Below are positions 25,119 through 36,942 of a stretch of 64,000 bases of DNA, piece by piece. Both the position numbers and the translations under genes were made by a program. The stretch is taken from contig NMRA01000264.1 in the NCBI GenBank assembly GCA_002633005.1, positions 62,001-126,000 of the forward strand, read 5' to 3'. Under the pieces are notes generated by a model. It did not search any database. It saw nothing but the letters and a program-made list of their open reading frames with translations, and was not told the DNA's origin. The stretch is from Phoronis australis. Its lineage: Eukaryota; Animalia; Phoronida. Each line of letters opens with the position of its first letter. Within the stretch, counting starts at the first letter, position 1.

Positions 25119-27602
25119 ATGAAGTTCCTGCTGCTTCTTACGCTACTTACGGTAGCAGTGGCCAACAAAGCACATGGTGAGTTAAGCTCGTGTATTTTTA
25201 CTTGAGTTTAATTTAAAGCCTACTTTGAACAGTAGCACGCGTGCATTTGGTTGCTACAATATGCTTTGCCCATCACCCTCAGTGCTCCTAAGCCATAAGC
25301 TTAGGCACATTGACTTGCATTCGTCTACGTCACTGAGAGAATCATTATATGGTGTTTCATTCAGTACAACTTTCGACCTTCCTTGACACAATGTGGCGCG
25401 AAAAGGCTAATAAGCGATTTTATTCAAAACACGATTTGAAAGTCGTGTTTGCTTACTAAACTATTGCAATGACCATTTGGTTAGTCCGTTCCAGAGGAAG
25501 TTTAAAAACCTCCTTGGTTTAGAGATACTCCTTCACCTTAATTTTTGTCGAAATTTGATCAAGGTAATATCAGTGCAAAACTATTCAATCGAAACTTATT
25601 ACCAAATGATGCTAGCTTGCCATTCATCAATCATATTTTCAAACATAAAGTTTAATATAGAATTGTTACGTTTGGGTTCTTGAATTTCTGATGATGCACC
25701 ATTAAAATGGCCGCCACTGTTAAATAACATTACTCATCATGGTTGCTTATCACGGCGGGTTAATGTCAATCGCCGAAGCAGTGCGGTCGTTGTCAGAATT
25801 TTAGGCATTTAATTGTTATAAATTTCAATAATATTCATACCAACGAAAAGAACACTAAGACGAGGCTTTGGAGGAATTCGTCCTTGAAGAAAGCCCCCGA
25901 AACCGGGACAAATACATTACGGACCAGGGGCTTGTATTACTTTACTTCCGTAATTTTACGACGTGTTTACTCAGAGTATAAACGAAGACTTTGGTCCAGA
26001 AGCTTTAAATATACATAATTTTCACTTCTAGTTCTATCGTGTTTGCAATATCAAACTAAATTTAACGACGAGACTCACTGATACTTTGGTGTTTTTTATT
26101 CATTTATTTGACAATTTCAGTTGGTTCTGTTGACGGCGCAGCTGAAAGAAGACATTTCGTAGAACGCGGGTAAGCTGTTGTAGAAAAACTAAATAAAAAC
26201 GTTCGCCTGCATCAATTTTAGCCGAATTTGAGTGTTTTTTTTTTTTGAAAAGTTGCGTCACAAATGCATTTAGCAAGGTTTGAAACGCCGCAATTTTCCA
26301 ATAAAACACAAATCTCGCATCTCTAGTGCTTGTCTGAGTGTATTTTCTTTTTTGTGTATCCACCTACCTCAACCTTCCCTGTTTACACTTAATTTTCACT
26401 GTCGCTGTCCCGGTGCTGTATCTTTCTAGTTCAACACGTGTGTATACCCTCATTGCTTCATTGGACCTCCCATACTGCTGTTCAGTTGTCCGGCAGATTG
26501 TCACCCACCTTTACAGCTCAACAAATTATATAACTTTTGTAATTATCGATATCTGTAGTAGTTTAGTTTGTCATTATATATATGACCTTTTATCTCACCT
26601 ACACGTGTTGTTTCACTGTGAACTAGCGTCGATATCGCTTCGCTTTTAGCGCATATAAATGCAGGTTGGCTGTTCACTGAACTTGCTGGCACACCATGGT
26701 ACAAATGCAGTGCCGCTTAATAACCAAACCATGTATCAAGTTTGTATTTACTTTACGAATTGTTTGTGTACTGGAACGTTCTGAAACTCGATGAAAAAAC
26801 ATCACACGTCATAAATAAACACATTTTTCATGTAATTATCATTTGATATTTATGCAAAATTTCTCCTAGCGATTTTTCGTTCATCTGTTTTTGATCGGTA
26901 GCGTTTAGTATTATTCTGACACCAAAAGTTTGCGTTTATTTCCAATTTGACAATAAAGGCAATTTCGCTGAACTAATTTATGTGATTGACTACGTATTAT
27001 CTAGTCAAATCATCAAAAAATGTGAATATTTGTAAAGCATCTAGTACTCTCCTCCCGTATTTACCTTTTTATAGATGTCCTTTTAAATGCCCCAAAGCCA
27101 ATCCCGAGGCTAACTTAAACGCGGAGAATAAACGTCTGAACGATAATACAGTTGCCTTGCACTGTTTTGACGAATAGGTTTCACTCATGCGTGTCTCCTT
27201 TAAACACGCCGAGAGGAGGCAGCACAGACGGGGGACCTGTCTACTTTTAACAAAACCCAACACCATCTCCATCTGGAGATTAGTAAAAACATGATCTTCC
27301 TTTCTTTCAGAATTTGCGGCTATTATGGAGAAAGGTGCAGCGCCCTTAAACCGTGTTGCAGGATGCTTCAATGCAATTCGTGGGGCCGTTGTGAAACCGC
27401 TTGTTCTAGTAGCGGTCAGTCTTGCAGCTCCACCGGCATAGTCAGCCCTCGTTGCTGCGGCTCGCTGCACTGCGTGTCTGGCCGCTGTGCCTCGTGCGCA
27501 CGTTCCTGGCAGGAGTGCTCCTACACTGTTCCATGCTGCTCGGGTTTGACTTGTAAATGGGGATCAGGTGGAGCCAGTTACAAATATTGTGATCCCAATT
27601 AA
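25119..27602 (+). CDS. Secreted triple-ICK (knottin) toxin-like precursor, 3 coding exons
   Basis: join(25119-25176, 26121-26169, 27311-27602) with consistent phases 1 and 2. Product: MKFLLLLTLLTVAVA | NKAHVGSVDGAAERRHFVER | GICGYYGERCSALKPCCRMLQCNSWGRC-ETA-CSSSGQSCSSTGIVSPRCCGSLHCVSGRC-AS-CARSWQECSYTVPCCSGLTCKWGSGGASYKYCDPN*. Confidence 0.88.
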
Positions 27603-28408
27603 TGTCTAATGAAAAATATTCCATGTCATTAATGTCTAGAGTTCTGATAGTACAGTTAGTTTCATTCATTCTGTTTTAATTAGGATGATTCCATAAGCGT
27701 TTTCATTCAATCACAGTTCAAGAGATGTTTACCCCGAATCCTTCTTCATTGACCATTTTCCACAAAGAATAAGGCTTCGTATATACGATGGAATTACGAA
27801 GCCATTCATTTCCTGCAGAATGAAACCAGGGAACGTATGTGCAGATTTCGATAATGAAAAATATCCCACAAAACTATTCGGGCATTCGTATGCATCAGAT
27901 TTCGCTATTCTAAACAATGTCATCTACATGCGACTTCGTGTTTTATTTACTCTCAAACAACGCAGGTATCAGTCCCTACAATTAACATTATCAATACGTT
28001 GACTTTCGTCTTTCCGAAAGCTTGTGATATTGTGGAAAATAGAATCACTGTCATATATCGTTAAAATTCCGACGATATTTTATGCAAATAACATAATGAT
28101 ATCATAATAACACACTAATATAAAATATTGCGTTCATAAATAAAACATTTCGTGAAACAATAGTATCCTTGGGAGGATCTGGATCGCCTTATTTAGTTTC
28201 AGATTTATTTTCTTCGTTAAATAAAACAACGTATTCAATTTCGGCATGTTTCAATGTACTCACACACATCATCAGGAAATATTGTCCATTCAATGAACAA
28301 GGCCCAAATAGAGGTACACATTGAAGTTTCGACATGTTTCGAAGTACATCATCATCACGAAATATTGTCCATTCAATGAACAAGGCCCAAATAGTGGTAC
28401 ACATTGAA

Positions 28409-28446
28409 GTTTCGACATGTTTCGATGTATATCATCATCAGGAAAC
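28409..28446 (-). ncRNA. Minimal type I hammerhead ribozyme (second copy with intact core)
   Basis: GTTTC-CTGATGA-TGATATACATC-GAAA-CATG-TC-GAAAC. The copy at 28326-28363 has a core C3-to-G change (GTGATGA). Confidence 0.72.
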
Positions 28447-28491
28447 ATTGACCATTCAATGAACAAGGCCCAAATAGTGGTACACATTGAA

Positions 28492-28529
28492 GTTTCGACA
28501 TGTTTCGATGTACATCGTCATCAGGAAAC
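28492..28529 (-). ncRNA. Minimal type I hammerhead ribozyme (best copy)
   Basis: The minus strand reads GTTTC-CTGATGA-C-GATGTACATC-GAAA-CATG-TC-GAAAC. This gives both conserved core boxes, stem I GTTTC/GAAAC, a palindromic stem II, a palindromic CATG loop 3 and a GUC cleavage triplet. Confidence 0.8.
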
Positions 28530-31500
28530 ATTGTCCATTCANATATCTGCGGAATAGCAGCGGACGTGCCCAGGCCACATAGCTCAGGCCCATCGTACAG
28601 AACACATGATTTAAAACTCATGAGAACCCTCTGATGTAAATACAGGCATTAGGCTCTTCCAGAGAGAGGTTATAGAAGTTTGTAGTCAAGTAGGCCACAT
28701 TCACTTGCTACGGATGCTTGGTATTTGAATCAAGTTATTGTCCATAGATGGCGTCCACAACCACAACTGCTTCCGTTTGTCTGGTCATTTCACTTAACCT
28801 TGTATCCACAATCATCAGTGATTCCCCAGAACAAGCCTGGTCATTTCACTTTCACTTCTGGCAAAGCACGAGAGAATCATGAGCTGTATATGTTTTAACA
28901 GCCTACAAACCACTGTTTTGAAATAAACGTATGAATCGGAAAACAATTATTTTGTGATAGCTGTGGTAAAACGCATGACCAATCTCACATCCAGTCATTA
29001 GCTGCCAAGTTCAAATTAAAAGATTATTGCACATTGACCATTCACTTTCTTTACAACGACAGGATATTATTTAAAAGGATACTAATCCCGGTTTTGGGCT
29101 ATTAACAGATATCAAAGATGGCGTTCCTATCTAGTCCTCTGAAACAAAATAATGCTCTACAACCCCCAAATATTTCTAACAAAATTTGAAACTTCCTTTG
29201 AAAGTTTGCTAAACGGGCAAGCGTGACCGACAGTTTCGGCGAGATACACGGCAACTGTAGGGAAAGACCGCCCACCAAGTACCATACCCGGTAATATCCT
29301 ATCTGTGACAACGAAAGCACGAGTTTTTAGTTGAATTCTGCTTTTATCACTCAAGTATGGCGTCAATTGTGCATTATTGGGTCGCAGAAAGAGGTTGAAA
29401 TCACCAAAACAATGTTTAGTAACCTTTTAAAAATAAGAATCATCCCTAATGAACCAATTTAGAAAATTCTACAACTGAAAGGTATTAATTCTTTTGCACG
29501 ATTGAACATGGTCCTCGAAGTTCACACAAGCTGGTATATTTGCGGCGAGAAGTCTCGGTTTGTGGAGCGGAAATTCTTGGTGTCGTGGCGTTGACATCTG
29601 CAGTGCTACCCTCGTCACATGGGAATGAAGAGGAACACGTATGCCTTACAACGTGACCACCAACTTGTCAGCAGCTTGGTTTACAAAACAACATATGTAG
29701 AACTGGGTGCATATTAGCTTGATCTCTTTTAATGCTCACTGTGAAAACAAATACTTCACTAGCCGAAGCTCTAGGTGATTGAGACTGAGAAGAAGAAGTG
29801 GAATGCCAACATGAAACGGTATTCAAAAGAGATCTTAAGAATACTGTAATTACATAAAATGCGATGACTCACGCTTTGGAGCTCCGACAATCACAGAAGA
29901 TGTGAAGGATAGAGGAAGAAACAGACGAAAATGATGAAGGATAGAGGAAGAAACAGACGAAAATGATAAAGAATAAAAGAAGAATGTGAAGTACAAGAGG
30001 TAGAAGAACAGCGACAAATCTGATAATCAAGGTGTTTAAAGCGATCTAGTAATGCATGTTGCAAAACATAAAGTGTAAAAAATAAAGAGAAATTAGCTAA
30101 AAGTGTTACAATAACGAAAAGTGTAACAAATGAAACTTCCAGATATGCGAGATACTTTTTTATAAAACTTGTATAGTCTAGGTTATGTGTACGCAACATG
30201 TTCTCAGTAACTCAACTGTTCTACATGGAACATGGCGCAAATATTAGCATGTTGAGATTTTGTATTAAAATACTAGTTAAATCTGACTTATGAAAATGAA
30301 AGGATTTTATATTACGTTGTTTGCACGGTTAGTAATAGCAGCGCTCCACGCGACACTGACGCATAAAACACGTGTCATTGACGCAAAGGCCAACAGGCGC
30401 GTTAAAACTGTCCCAATCACGTAAACTATAAATTTGTTTGAATAATACGTATTGCGTTCAGATTTTAAAACAAAATGTGAATGCAGAGCATCTGATCAAA
30501 ACTAATACCGGTGACCAAAACACCAACGTTAGGGATACGGGTCTAGCATGCTGTAAAAATACAGATCCCAATTGTATATTTTTATGTTTGATTAAACTGA
30601 AATGAAGTGAGTCTTTTAGAAACACTACTTATCGCCTCGTAACACAACGTGGTATCAGATGAAAATCATACTCGCTAAAAAGCTTTCCTCATCAAAATCG
30701 AATCTAGAAGGCACAGAAAATACTCACGTAACCCACAGGTCCTCCAAACTGGCCCGTAGATTCGAGGTACTGGGATTCAACTGACTTATGGCCACGTTTT
30801 TCTAGAATGACAACTCAATATGTAGTCAAGACTTCCAAAAATACTTACATTCACCAAAGGAAGTTAAAATAAAAAATATGAAAACGGTAAACAGGATGCA
30901 GAAGAGACGTGTGAAGTCGCAAGTTTGATAGACAAAACAAATATTTACTAAATAAATTATGAACAGATAATTAATAGATAATTCTTGCTATTGACCTCGT
31001 TCATTGCCGCCACACTGTTTACCGTGAAATGTTTGTTTCGGTAAACATGAACGCCATAAATAAGACGCAGTTGAAAAACATATACTGAGAGAAATTGATC
31101 ACTGTGAGTAGAACGTAAGTAAAATAAGAGGTATATTAATCCAATTTTGAAAGTGTGTGTTAATGAGCAAAACATCTAATTTGTAACCATAAATTAGCTT
31201 TGTTTAGCGTTAGTCAAGAACAATAATATCGCAACTTGAGGTATTTTCCTTAGTCTGTCGTTCTTTATGTTCCTAGACAATTCATGTTGGTAATAATATT
31301 AAGAACGATTCGGTTGAAAATTCGATTTTTAAATTGATACGACATGTGAACTGAAAAGCATTGCACAAAAAATATTGCGCCGAGTGCTGATTGGCTTGCG
31401 AGGCATTGATGGTCCTGCAGCACACAAGGTGACATTCATTTGGTCGAGTGATGTTTCAAATGACTGGTTTGTTCTATTCCAAAACAGTTGTAAAATCGAG

Positions 31501-31550
31501 AGACTTTTTAACAGATAATAATGGCTTGATTTGGTTTATAGGTTACCATC

Positions 31551-33143
31551 ATGCATCCTTTTCTTGTGGCGTATTCTGTCTTCGTTGTTGTCAACTGTCT
31601 TTGGTGCAGCCAAGTAGAAGGTAAAGAGATCTGTGTATTTATCCAACAATGATGTACAAAACTACAGATTATAACTCGGTAAAAGTGTTATTTTCTGAAA
31701 GTTGACAGCCTGTAGGATTTAATTTTTGACTTTATACCAATCTATTTTTAATTCTGTCACTGGTCAATATGTTTCGGTAGAATTTAACAAAAAGAAATGT
31801 AAATTCAGAACAAAACAACGGTATCATTAAATATCGAATTTTGTTTGTTATAAATGTCCAAGATGATATCCCATTGTCTGTCCTAAATATCATATAAGTC
31901 CTGTTCATTTCCTTGTGTAAAACCGGAACATTTTAAAAACAAGTCCTAAAAGGGTTTTGGAGAATAGCTATTAAAACATGGCTTCTGATAGTTTCCAACA
32001 AGTCCGACCAGCCATTTCTGAGATATGAAGTTCCGAAGTTAGCCAAATTTGGCGCCATTTTATGGGGTCCTACACAACCTTAAAAAAGAATGTGTGATCA
32101 GGAGGCCAGTATGTACCTAACGAGGGATGTGAGATGTGAAATATTAAAGAAATGTTTATTTCGACGAACAAAATATGAAACCAAAGGGTTAAAGATGGGA
32201 AACTTGAGCGAAAACTTGGAAAAACTCAGGACTTTTGGGACTTAAATCCGTCAATTTAGGGGCCGAAAAGCAGACCCATTCCAATAATTAAAAAGTAACC
32301 AAAACTAATGGTGGCTCCGTGGTCAGATGACCTCTCGGGTCCTTCACGGAGTCTCCATAAGCGTAAATCTGTGTCAACTGTATTTTTTGTTTTTGACTTA
32401 AAGTGAATAAAGTGTATTATTATTATTATTGCTATTTTTATTATTATTATTATAATATAATGTTTTGCTTACTTGAGGCATTGCTGACAGGGGTGGCGAC
32501 GGGGGGGGNGGTGGGGGGGATTTATACTCGACGAAGAACATCTTTCCTCTCAGGTGAGTGAGGGTCCTGTAAACTCTAGTAAACAGTTGTGGTTTAGAAT
32601 CAACTCAATGGTTACATTTTTTAAACAAACGTAACAAATTATACGGTGTACAGTGTGTAATAGAACAGAGATCTCGAAATCATTTGAGATCGATGAGATT
32701 GCTAGTACGAAAGGAAAGCGTGTTCTCTAATAGGTTAAAATTCATTGTCACTTTTTATTATTGTAGCGTGCGCTAGTAGTGGACAAACCTGCAGCGATTA
32801 CGGCGGCATATTTCCGAGATGCTGTCCACCACTGAAATGTGAAATAATGACGTGCAAACGTCCATGCGCAAACCAAGGCCAAAGTTGCAGTTCTTATGGA
32901 TCACTCTATCCCAGATGCTGTGGTTCGTTACAATGCCGGAGCGGCCGTTGCGAACTGAAGTGTGCAAACCGCGGACAGATGTGCAGCCAATACGGGAGTT
33001 CGATATTTCCTCGATGTTGCGGTTCGCTGGAATGTAAGCTGAGCACGTGTCAGGAACCTTGCGTTGACTACGGACGGTCATGCGGATATGGGTCAAACTG
33101 CTGTAGCCCTTACACGTGCAAAAATGGTCGCTGCACATGGTAG
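31551..33143 (+). CDS. Secreted quadruple-ICK (knottin) protein, 2 coding exons, no propeptide
   Basis: join(31551-31620, 32767-33143), phase 1. Product: MHPFLVAYSVFVVVNCLWCSQVEA | CASSGQTCSDYGGIFPRCCPPLKCEIMTC-KRP-CANQGQSCSSYGSLYPRCCGSLQCRSGRC-ELK-CANRGQMCSQYGSSIFPRCCGSLECKLSTC-QEP-CVDYGRSCGYGSNCCSPYTCKNGRCTW*, with 24 Cys in four C-C-CC-C-C units. Confidence 0.9.
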
Positions 33144-33449
33144 ATGTCAATGACACGGAAAAAAGAACCGAATTTTATGGTAGATGTGAAATACTAAACA
33201 AAATTTCTGTCATCACATTATTGTTGACTTTCAATATGGTCTGTCAAATGTTGCCTATTTCGGAAGTCTAATTTTGCTTTATTTTCGTGGTCCGTTTTGT
33301 CACATTAAACAAATAGGTCGTTCAGGTGACAAAATGATCCACATGTAACCCTGATCCGCATGTAACACTCTTGGCTACAGCTGCATCTTGCCATGTATAG
33401 TTGACTCAAATAAAAATCGAGTCTTTTACTTTCACGATATTGGTCTCAT

Positions 33450-33698
33450 CATGCGCGCACCCAGCCTTTAGTTTGGGGGGGCTCGAATTTCTGACCAAGC
33501 GGACCTTTTGTTAACAAAAAAGCTGGATGACTAAAAAAGGGGGTACCATCTTCAGTACCGTGAACTGTGCGTCTGCGACTTTTTAGTAGACTTTCGTCTC
33601 GTTTCCCTCGTACTTTTTGTTTCTCTGGGGCGGGCCTTTTTGCCCACTTCGCAAAAATGGGGGGCTCATGCGAGCCCCTCCCCCTGGGTGCGCGCATG
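33450..33698. mobile_element. MITE with CATGCGCGCACCCAG terminal inverted repeats and a 5-bp target-site duplication
   Basis: TIRs at both ends; flanking direct repeat CTCAT at 33445-33449 and 33699-33703. Confidence 0.85.
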
Positions 33699-35349
33699 CT
33701 CATAATTCTTTTGCCGTGATCGGACTATATTTCCGTTTCTAACTCAAGTCACACGCATTGCTTACATCTTTCAATTTACAATTTTAGGGTTGGTCAACCC
33801 CAACGAAGTCTGGTGATTTCGATGTTGTTGCTGGTAACGGAAAAGAATTCTACCACGATAAGGACTATAATTAAACCGATTTTATAACAGTAAAAGACTT
33901 AAAATTCGATTTTCGTTTTTTAGCCACTGAGCTAAACTGGCAGTTTTAAAAGAAAAATATCTGTGAGTTTATCTGACGTAGTACGATAACTTCCGTTATG
34001 AGATGATGTTGGCCGGTAAAATGTGGAATATCACTTTTCAATCATGTTGCTCGAACGCCAGATGTAGCTAGGCGAGATCTGACAAATTATAGGCTGCAGA
34101 AACCACAAGCCCTTGACCACGTAAACAAAGCGACTAGACGATGGCAGCTAGTACATTAAAACAGGTAAAAACATCTCAATTAAATAAGACACAAAAATAT
34201 CAGAGGAAAGAAGCATCAGTGAGCGTATAATAAAACAAATACAGACCGATCCCTCGGGTACATCACGTGATATGAACCTATGGAGAGCAATTTTTCCTTT
34301 GAGAGCAATATGACCCGATATGAGGTCAAGTCTCCCTCGAGATCGACCCATGTTTCTATAATAAATTATGTTTATAGCAAAACGATTCGAGTTTGTAGGC
34401 AAAAATTAAAAAAAGTCACACATTGGGCACGTGTACTTGAAACCATGGTAATGTTTTGAACGAAGTTTCAAATGAAGTGAGTGTATCTGCATGAATCTTT
34501 GGTTCTTCATAATTCCACAAAAGGCAGTCAACTTCTCACAGGTGTTCAAAATGGATATTTCTTTCAGACGATACATTTTATTTACAAGTGCGCTAAATAC
34601 ATTAATTCATTCACTGAGGTTCACCTTGTGGTGTCGAGAGGCGGGGGCCAGGAGAGCACAACCCCGCTACAAGGAGACGCGCCAGCGAAGCAAAATAAAC
34701 GGTGCAATAAAAAAACATCTTTTCCAAGGAATTCGTCACATTTGTCATCAATTGGGCCATGACGATAAACTCTGTTATCCCTCCAAGTTCAACACGAATT
34801 CAGAACAAGACCATATTTATGACATTGTTGTACTTGGCTTTTCACAATGGCACAAAAGTTTATACAATAGGCTACAAGAGCGGCGCACAAGGAGGAAGAT
34901 TATCACCTTCCTTCGCAGGATTCTTTAAAAACATAAGGAGTGCAGCTACGCACGCTTCAGTATTAATGGCAATAGTGGGCCAACGCGCCCGATAATCTCC
35001 TGACTGTCGGATGATATTATAATTGGTAGCTTGGAAACTCACTGGATTTGCGACTGAAGCTTTATCAGTGGTCGTCGCATAGGTTTACCGCTGTGGCGCA
35101 TGAGGAAAGAACTCAATCGGCAACCACACATTTATAGGAGAATGCCACCCGATTTAATTAGTCTTTTTTGCCGTGTTAATCGGTCTATATCCACATCGCC
35201 TCGCATACGGTCGACCTTACCTTGCCAAGAGGTGTCGCGTTAACCTGTGAGGAAGGTGAGAAACGACACTAGCGACGTCAGTGGTTCATATGCAGAGTGA
35301 ATGCCTCTATGTTGCGGTGCATCGTTCTCGCTTGTCCGAACTAAGCAGC

Positions 35350-35670
35350 TGCGAGGAAAGCGGGTACATCGTTTTTTTACTTTAATCCTCAAAAGTCCAA
35401 AATGCTTAGAACGTGGCCCATGGTAGTGAAGAATGAAATGTACGCTGTAAATACAAGTGTGAGGCCGTGAAACATCTCCGTGTCTGTGGCCTGCAGACGT
35501 CGACAATGCCTGACGAATGCCTTCTTACCAAATAACTCCATACGTTTCGTTGTCTGAGCTTGTTCACGGCTTCTCTCTCGAATTGATAGCCTGTAAAACT
35601 TAACGATCCACCTGCGAAGTCGGGACTGATGAGCTCTAGCTCGTCCTAAGTCGGGATTGCGAGTTGCCAT
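35350..35670 (-). mobile_element. Possible decayed THAP-domain transposon fragment
   Basis: Frameshifted pieces PHTCIYSVHF and NDVPAF loosely resemble the THAP C-S-x-HF and AVPT motifs. Weak evidence. Confidence 0.25.
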
Positions 35671-36942
35671 GTTGGCGTTTATTACTGATCATTATGTTTC
35701 AAAATGAATTATTCTCACCCTAACCAATACTTATATAAAACTGAAACAAAGTCTGTCTCATTCGATGCAATTTGTAATGCCTTTGCAGTGTTCGTGAGCG
35801 CAAATGATTTGAGAAGCCACCAATGAATAAATCACTGCGTTACCGGCTTTAGGTGCAATAAAACTAATTGACGGGACACCTAGGCAGTGTGAGCTCATAC
35901 TACGAATTTAGTGTTTGCTGGCAGAAACTGTTGTGAAACAACTCGATTTCCATCAAACGGCCAGGTGTTAGGGGAATCTTTGTTTACATTTACATTACTC
36001 AAATAATAATTGTCAATGCACAACTTCTGCCCTGACGGTGCTGTGGCCAAAGCGGAACCCGAGTTCGCGGCCCCCGACGACTAAGTAGATTTGCAGTTTC
36101 ATGACTAATTCACCAACATAATCAGGTGCACATTACTTTGGCTCACTAGTATAGTATTTTCTTGACTGGAAGTTTAGTTTCCACTGAATTTTGGCTGGTT
36201 TATGCTCGTGATGTCTGATCANNNNNNNNNNNNNNNNNNNNNNNNNNNNNNNNNNNNNNNGCGGGGACTATAACGAGTCAAGCCGGCCGCCGGGCCTGAT
36301 CGTGCTCCTAGCCACTGGCCAAGCTAACAAGCGTTTTGTGTTTAGAACTCAAAAAATCACAAGTCTAAACAACACTGATCTAGGTTCTCCTGTCTGTATC
36401 TCACGGAAAATACATCGAAATTATCTCCGAACAGACCCCAAACTCCTGCTACGGACCTTATTGGCCTGCCGAACTTTGTAGGCTGCGATGTGTCCAAATA
36501 CCAATAAATCCGTAAGAGCGAAATAAAACAACACGTTTTTAGAAAAATTCGGTGTATTTTTAAGGGTTTTACATCGAAGTTTGATGATTTATTGGTGTTA
36601 AACGATGACTTCAAGCGATAAGCTGACACCAGTAAACCCTGTTGTGAACTGCTGAACAGACTGCGTGTGAAACCGATGACGTCATTGGATAATTTCAACA
36701 CCTCCGTCTGCCGTCAGGTGTCAGGTAACGCAACCGTACGTGTTGTTATGGAGTAGAACTACTCGATTTAAATTGATACAAATTAGGTTGTTTTTGGGTG
36801 GCATGCTCCTTTAACGTTTTTGGATGAAACAACGAATTTCGTCATGCCATTTCTTCTCTAATCCTGATCAAGTTATTTAGAGAAGTCCCTATTAACAGTG
36901 TCTGTGAATAATGTATTTGCAGATGTAAGTCAACAATAACAG

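Larger units (their letters stand above)
28238..28541 (-). repeat. 83-bp tandem repeat (about 3.7 copies, ends at an assembly N), each unit carrying a minimal hammerhead motif
   Basis: Units are in register at 28326, 28409 and 28492, with a degenerate copy at about 28240. Confidence 0.92.

Noticed and set aside
25855-25910. Hammerhead-like TTGAAGAAAGCCCCCGAAACCGGGAC
   Set aside because: The core box is mismatched and there is no credible stem II or cleavage triplet.
28238-28541. CRISPR-like array
   Set aside because: The units are contiguous near-identical repeats with no unique spacers, there are no cas genes, and the context is eukaryotic. The repeated ORFs here are by-products of the repeat.
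21995-33156. Antisense and alternate-frame ORFs over the Cys-rich exons (e.g. 22005-22328, 27069-27470, 32773-33156)
   Set aside because: These are shadows of the GC-richer knottin exons.
34481-34995. Overlapping 78-145 aa ORFs
   Set aside because: I found no recognisable motif or splice-consistent structure; they are likely repeat-derived.
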